Shown here: piece after piece, positions 63,101-64,000 of the stretch
Layout: every line of letters begins with the position of its first letter
Numbering within the stretch: the first letter of the stretch is position 1
The notes under the pieces: generated by a model
The model's input: the letters and a program-made list of their open reading frames with translations, nothing else
Databases searched by the model: none
Told to the model about the DNA's origin: nothing
From: Macrostomum lignano
Taxonomy: Eukaryota
DNA length: 64,000 bases
Direction: 5' to 3'
NCBI GenBank assembly: GCA_002269645.1
Contig: NIVC01000413.1
Span: 248,001 to 312,000, forward strand
Made by a program: the position numbers and the translations under genes

Positions 63101-64000
63101 CTATCAGTGCATCCGTACAGACGGCCCCTGAGCCTGAGCCAGCCAGTGCGGCTCGGCATGTTCTACAGTGCAGCCGATGCCTCAGCGCTCTCTCTAATCA
63201 GACAGGATAGCGGTGAATGTGAATTGAAGCCTGTTCTCGGATCTGAGAAATTTGTGTGAGTAATTCCGTTTCACCTTCTGTAAAACGGAAGAGGCTATAA
63301 AAATAAGCTGGGAGTAAATCAAGAACACCTTTAAATAACTGCAGATATTCAGGCGCCGCGACAGGTCCGTGCGTGACTGTGAATGTGGATTCTTCTGACA
63401 GAGCGGAAATCGAATCGAGAAGCTGCAGCAGCCAGATTCCATTTCTTGTAAAGTTTCCTGAGAGAGAAAACGCAGTGAGATACAATGCAGACAGCTGTAG
63501 CGCGAAAGCGGTCATTTGGAGAGTTATGGAAGCACTGCAACAGAAGCAGACAACAAAGATGCATTTTATTGCAGATACTGATGCTACTAGTGTTGTCGCT
63601 AGAGATTCTTCTGATCTAAAAACCGGTATTAGAATATCACCAACAGCAATTACTCAATCAATACGAGACTGGACCTCAACTGAAGCTTCACCAAGCAAGT
63701 TGGCCATCATTTTTGGAGTTTCCTGCCCGATTCTGCTAGTATTTATTGCAGCCATTATGATTTTCATTGTCTTCAAAAGACGGTGCCGCTTACGACCTAG
63801 TACTGAGCAGTCTGGTACGAAAGAAGATGTTGAACCAAGAAATGCTTCAAAACCCTTAATTGAACATGACACTAGTAATCCAGCCGATAATTCAGTGAGT
63901 GATAGAGTCGATGCTGCAGCTGGCACTTCAGAAAACTCAAACGTTATCTCGGCGTCACGGGACTCGATTCCTTCTGGTGACCTAACCAACGAGATACCTG
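60166..64000 (+). pseudogene. Receptor gene D (runs off the window; in-frame TGA at 62835-62837); exons 60166-60168, 61441-61490, 61587-61928, 62771-63012, 63090-63255, 63345->64000
   Basis: Three exon lengths (50, 242, 166 nt) equal those of gene C. Signal MIRTCALAICWLLLACL. TM LAIIFGVSCPILLVFIAAIMIFIVF then KRR. One premature stop where gene C has AAA. Confidence 0.78.
60417..61219. mobile_element. Non-autonomous hAT element (803 bp) in intron 1 of gene D
   Basis: TAGGGGTGTT...AACACCCCTA TIRs, a perfect 8-bp TSD GTTCAGAG (60409-60416 and 61220-61227), and subterminal CCCGA repeats. Confidence 0.92.

Overview
AT-rich, intron-containing animal genomic DNA. It is not prokaryotic: there are GT-AG introns and TTAGGG-type repeats. 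The taxon cannot be fixed from sequence; a free-living invertebrate such as a flatworm is only a guess. The window has four zones. (1) 0.4-3.3 kb: three exons of a minus-strand coiled-coil gene whose introns each carry a different minisatellite. (2) 6-37 kb: a dense transposon nest. It holds a decayed DD34D mariner, three Crypton-type (DUF3504-like) tyrosine-recombinase elements, a MULE inserted into one of them, Helitron-like non-autonomous elements carrying satellites, and a duplicated solo LTR. An 8-bp motif, CCATAGAC, recurs at element junctions. Hidden in this zone, and missed by the ORF track, are two intact two-exon genes for secreted inhibitor-cystine-knot (knottin, toxin-like) peptides at 9678-10965 (-) and 15698-16024 (+). 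(3) 37-45 kb: spacer with a CORE-type SINE and a LINE 3' fragment. (4) 45.6-64 kb: a tandem array of four divergent type-I membrane receptor genes (CUB-like domain, atypical C-type-lectin-like domain, TM, variable tail). All gene models were built by hand from splice-site and phase consistency; no database search or expression evidence was available, and counts and identities were read by eye.
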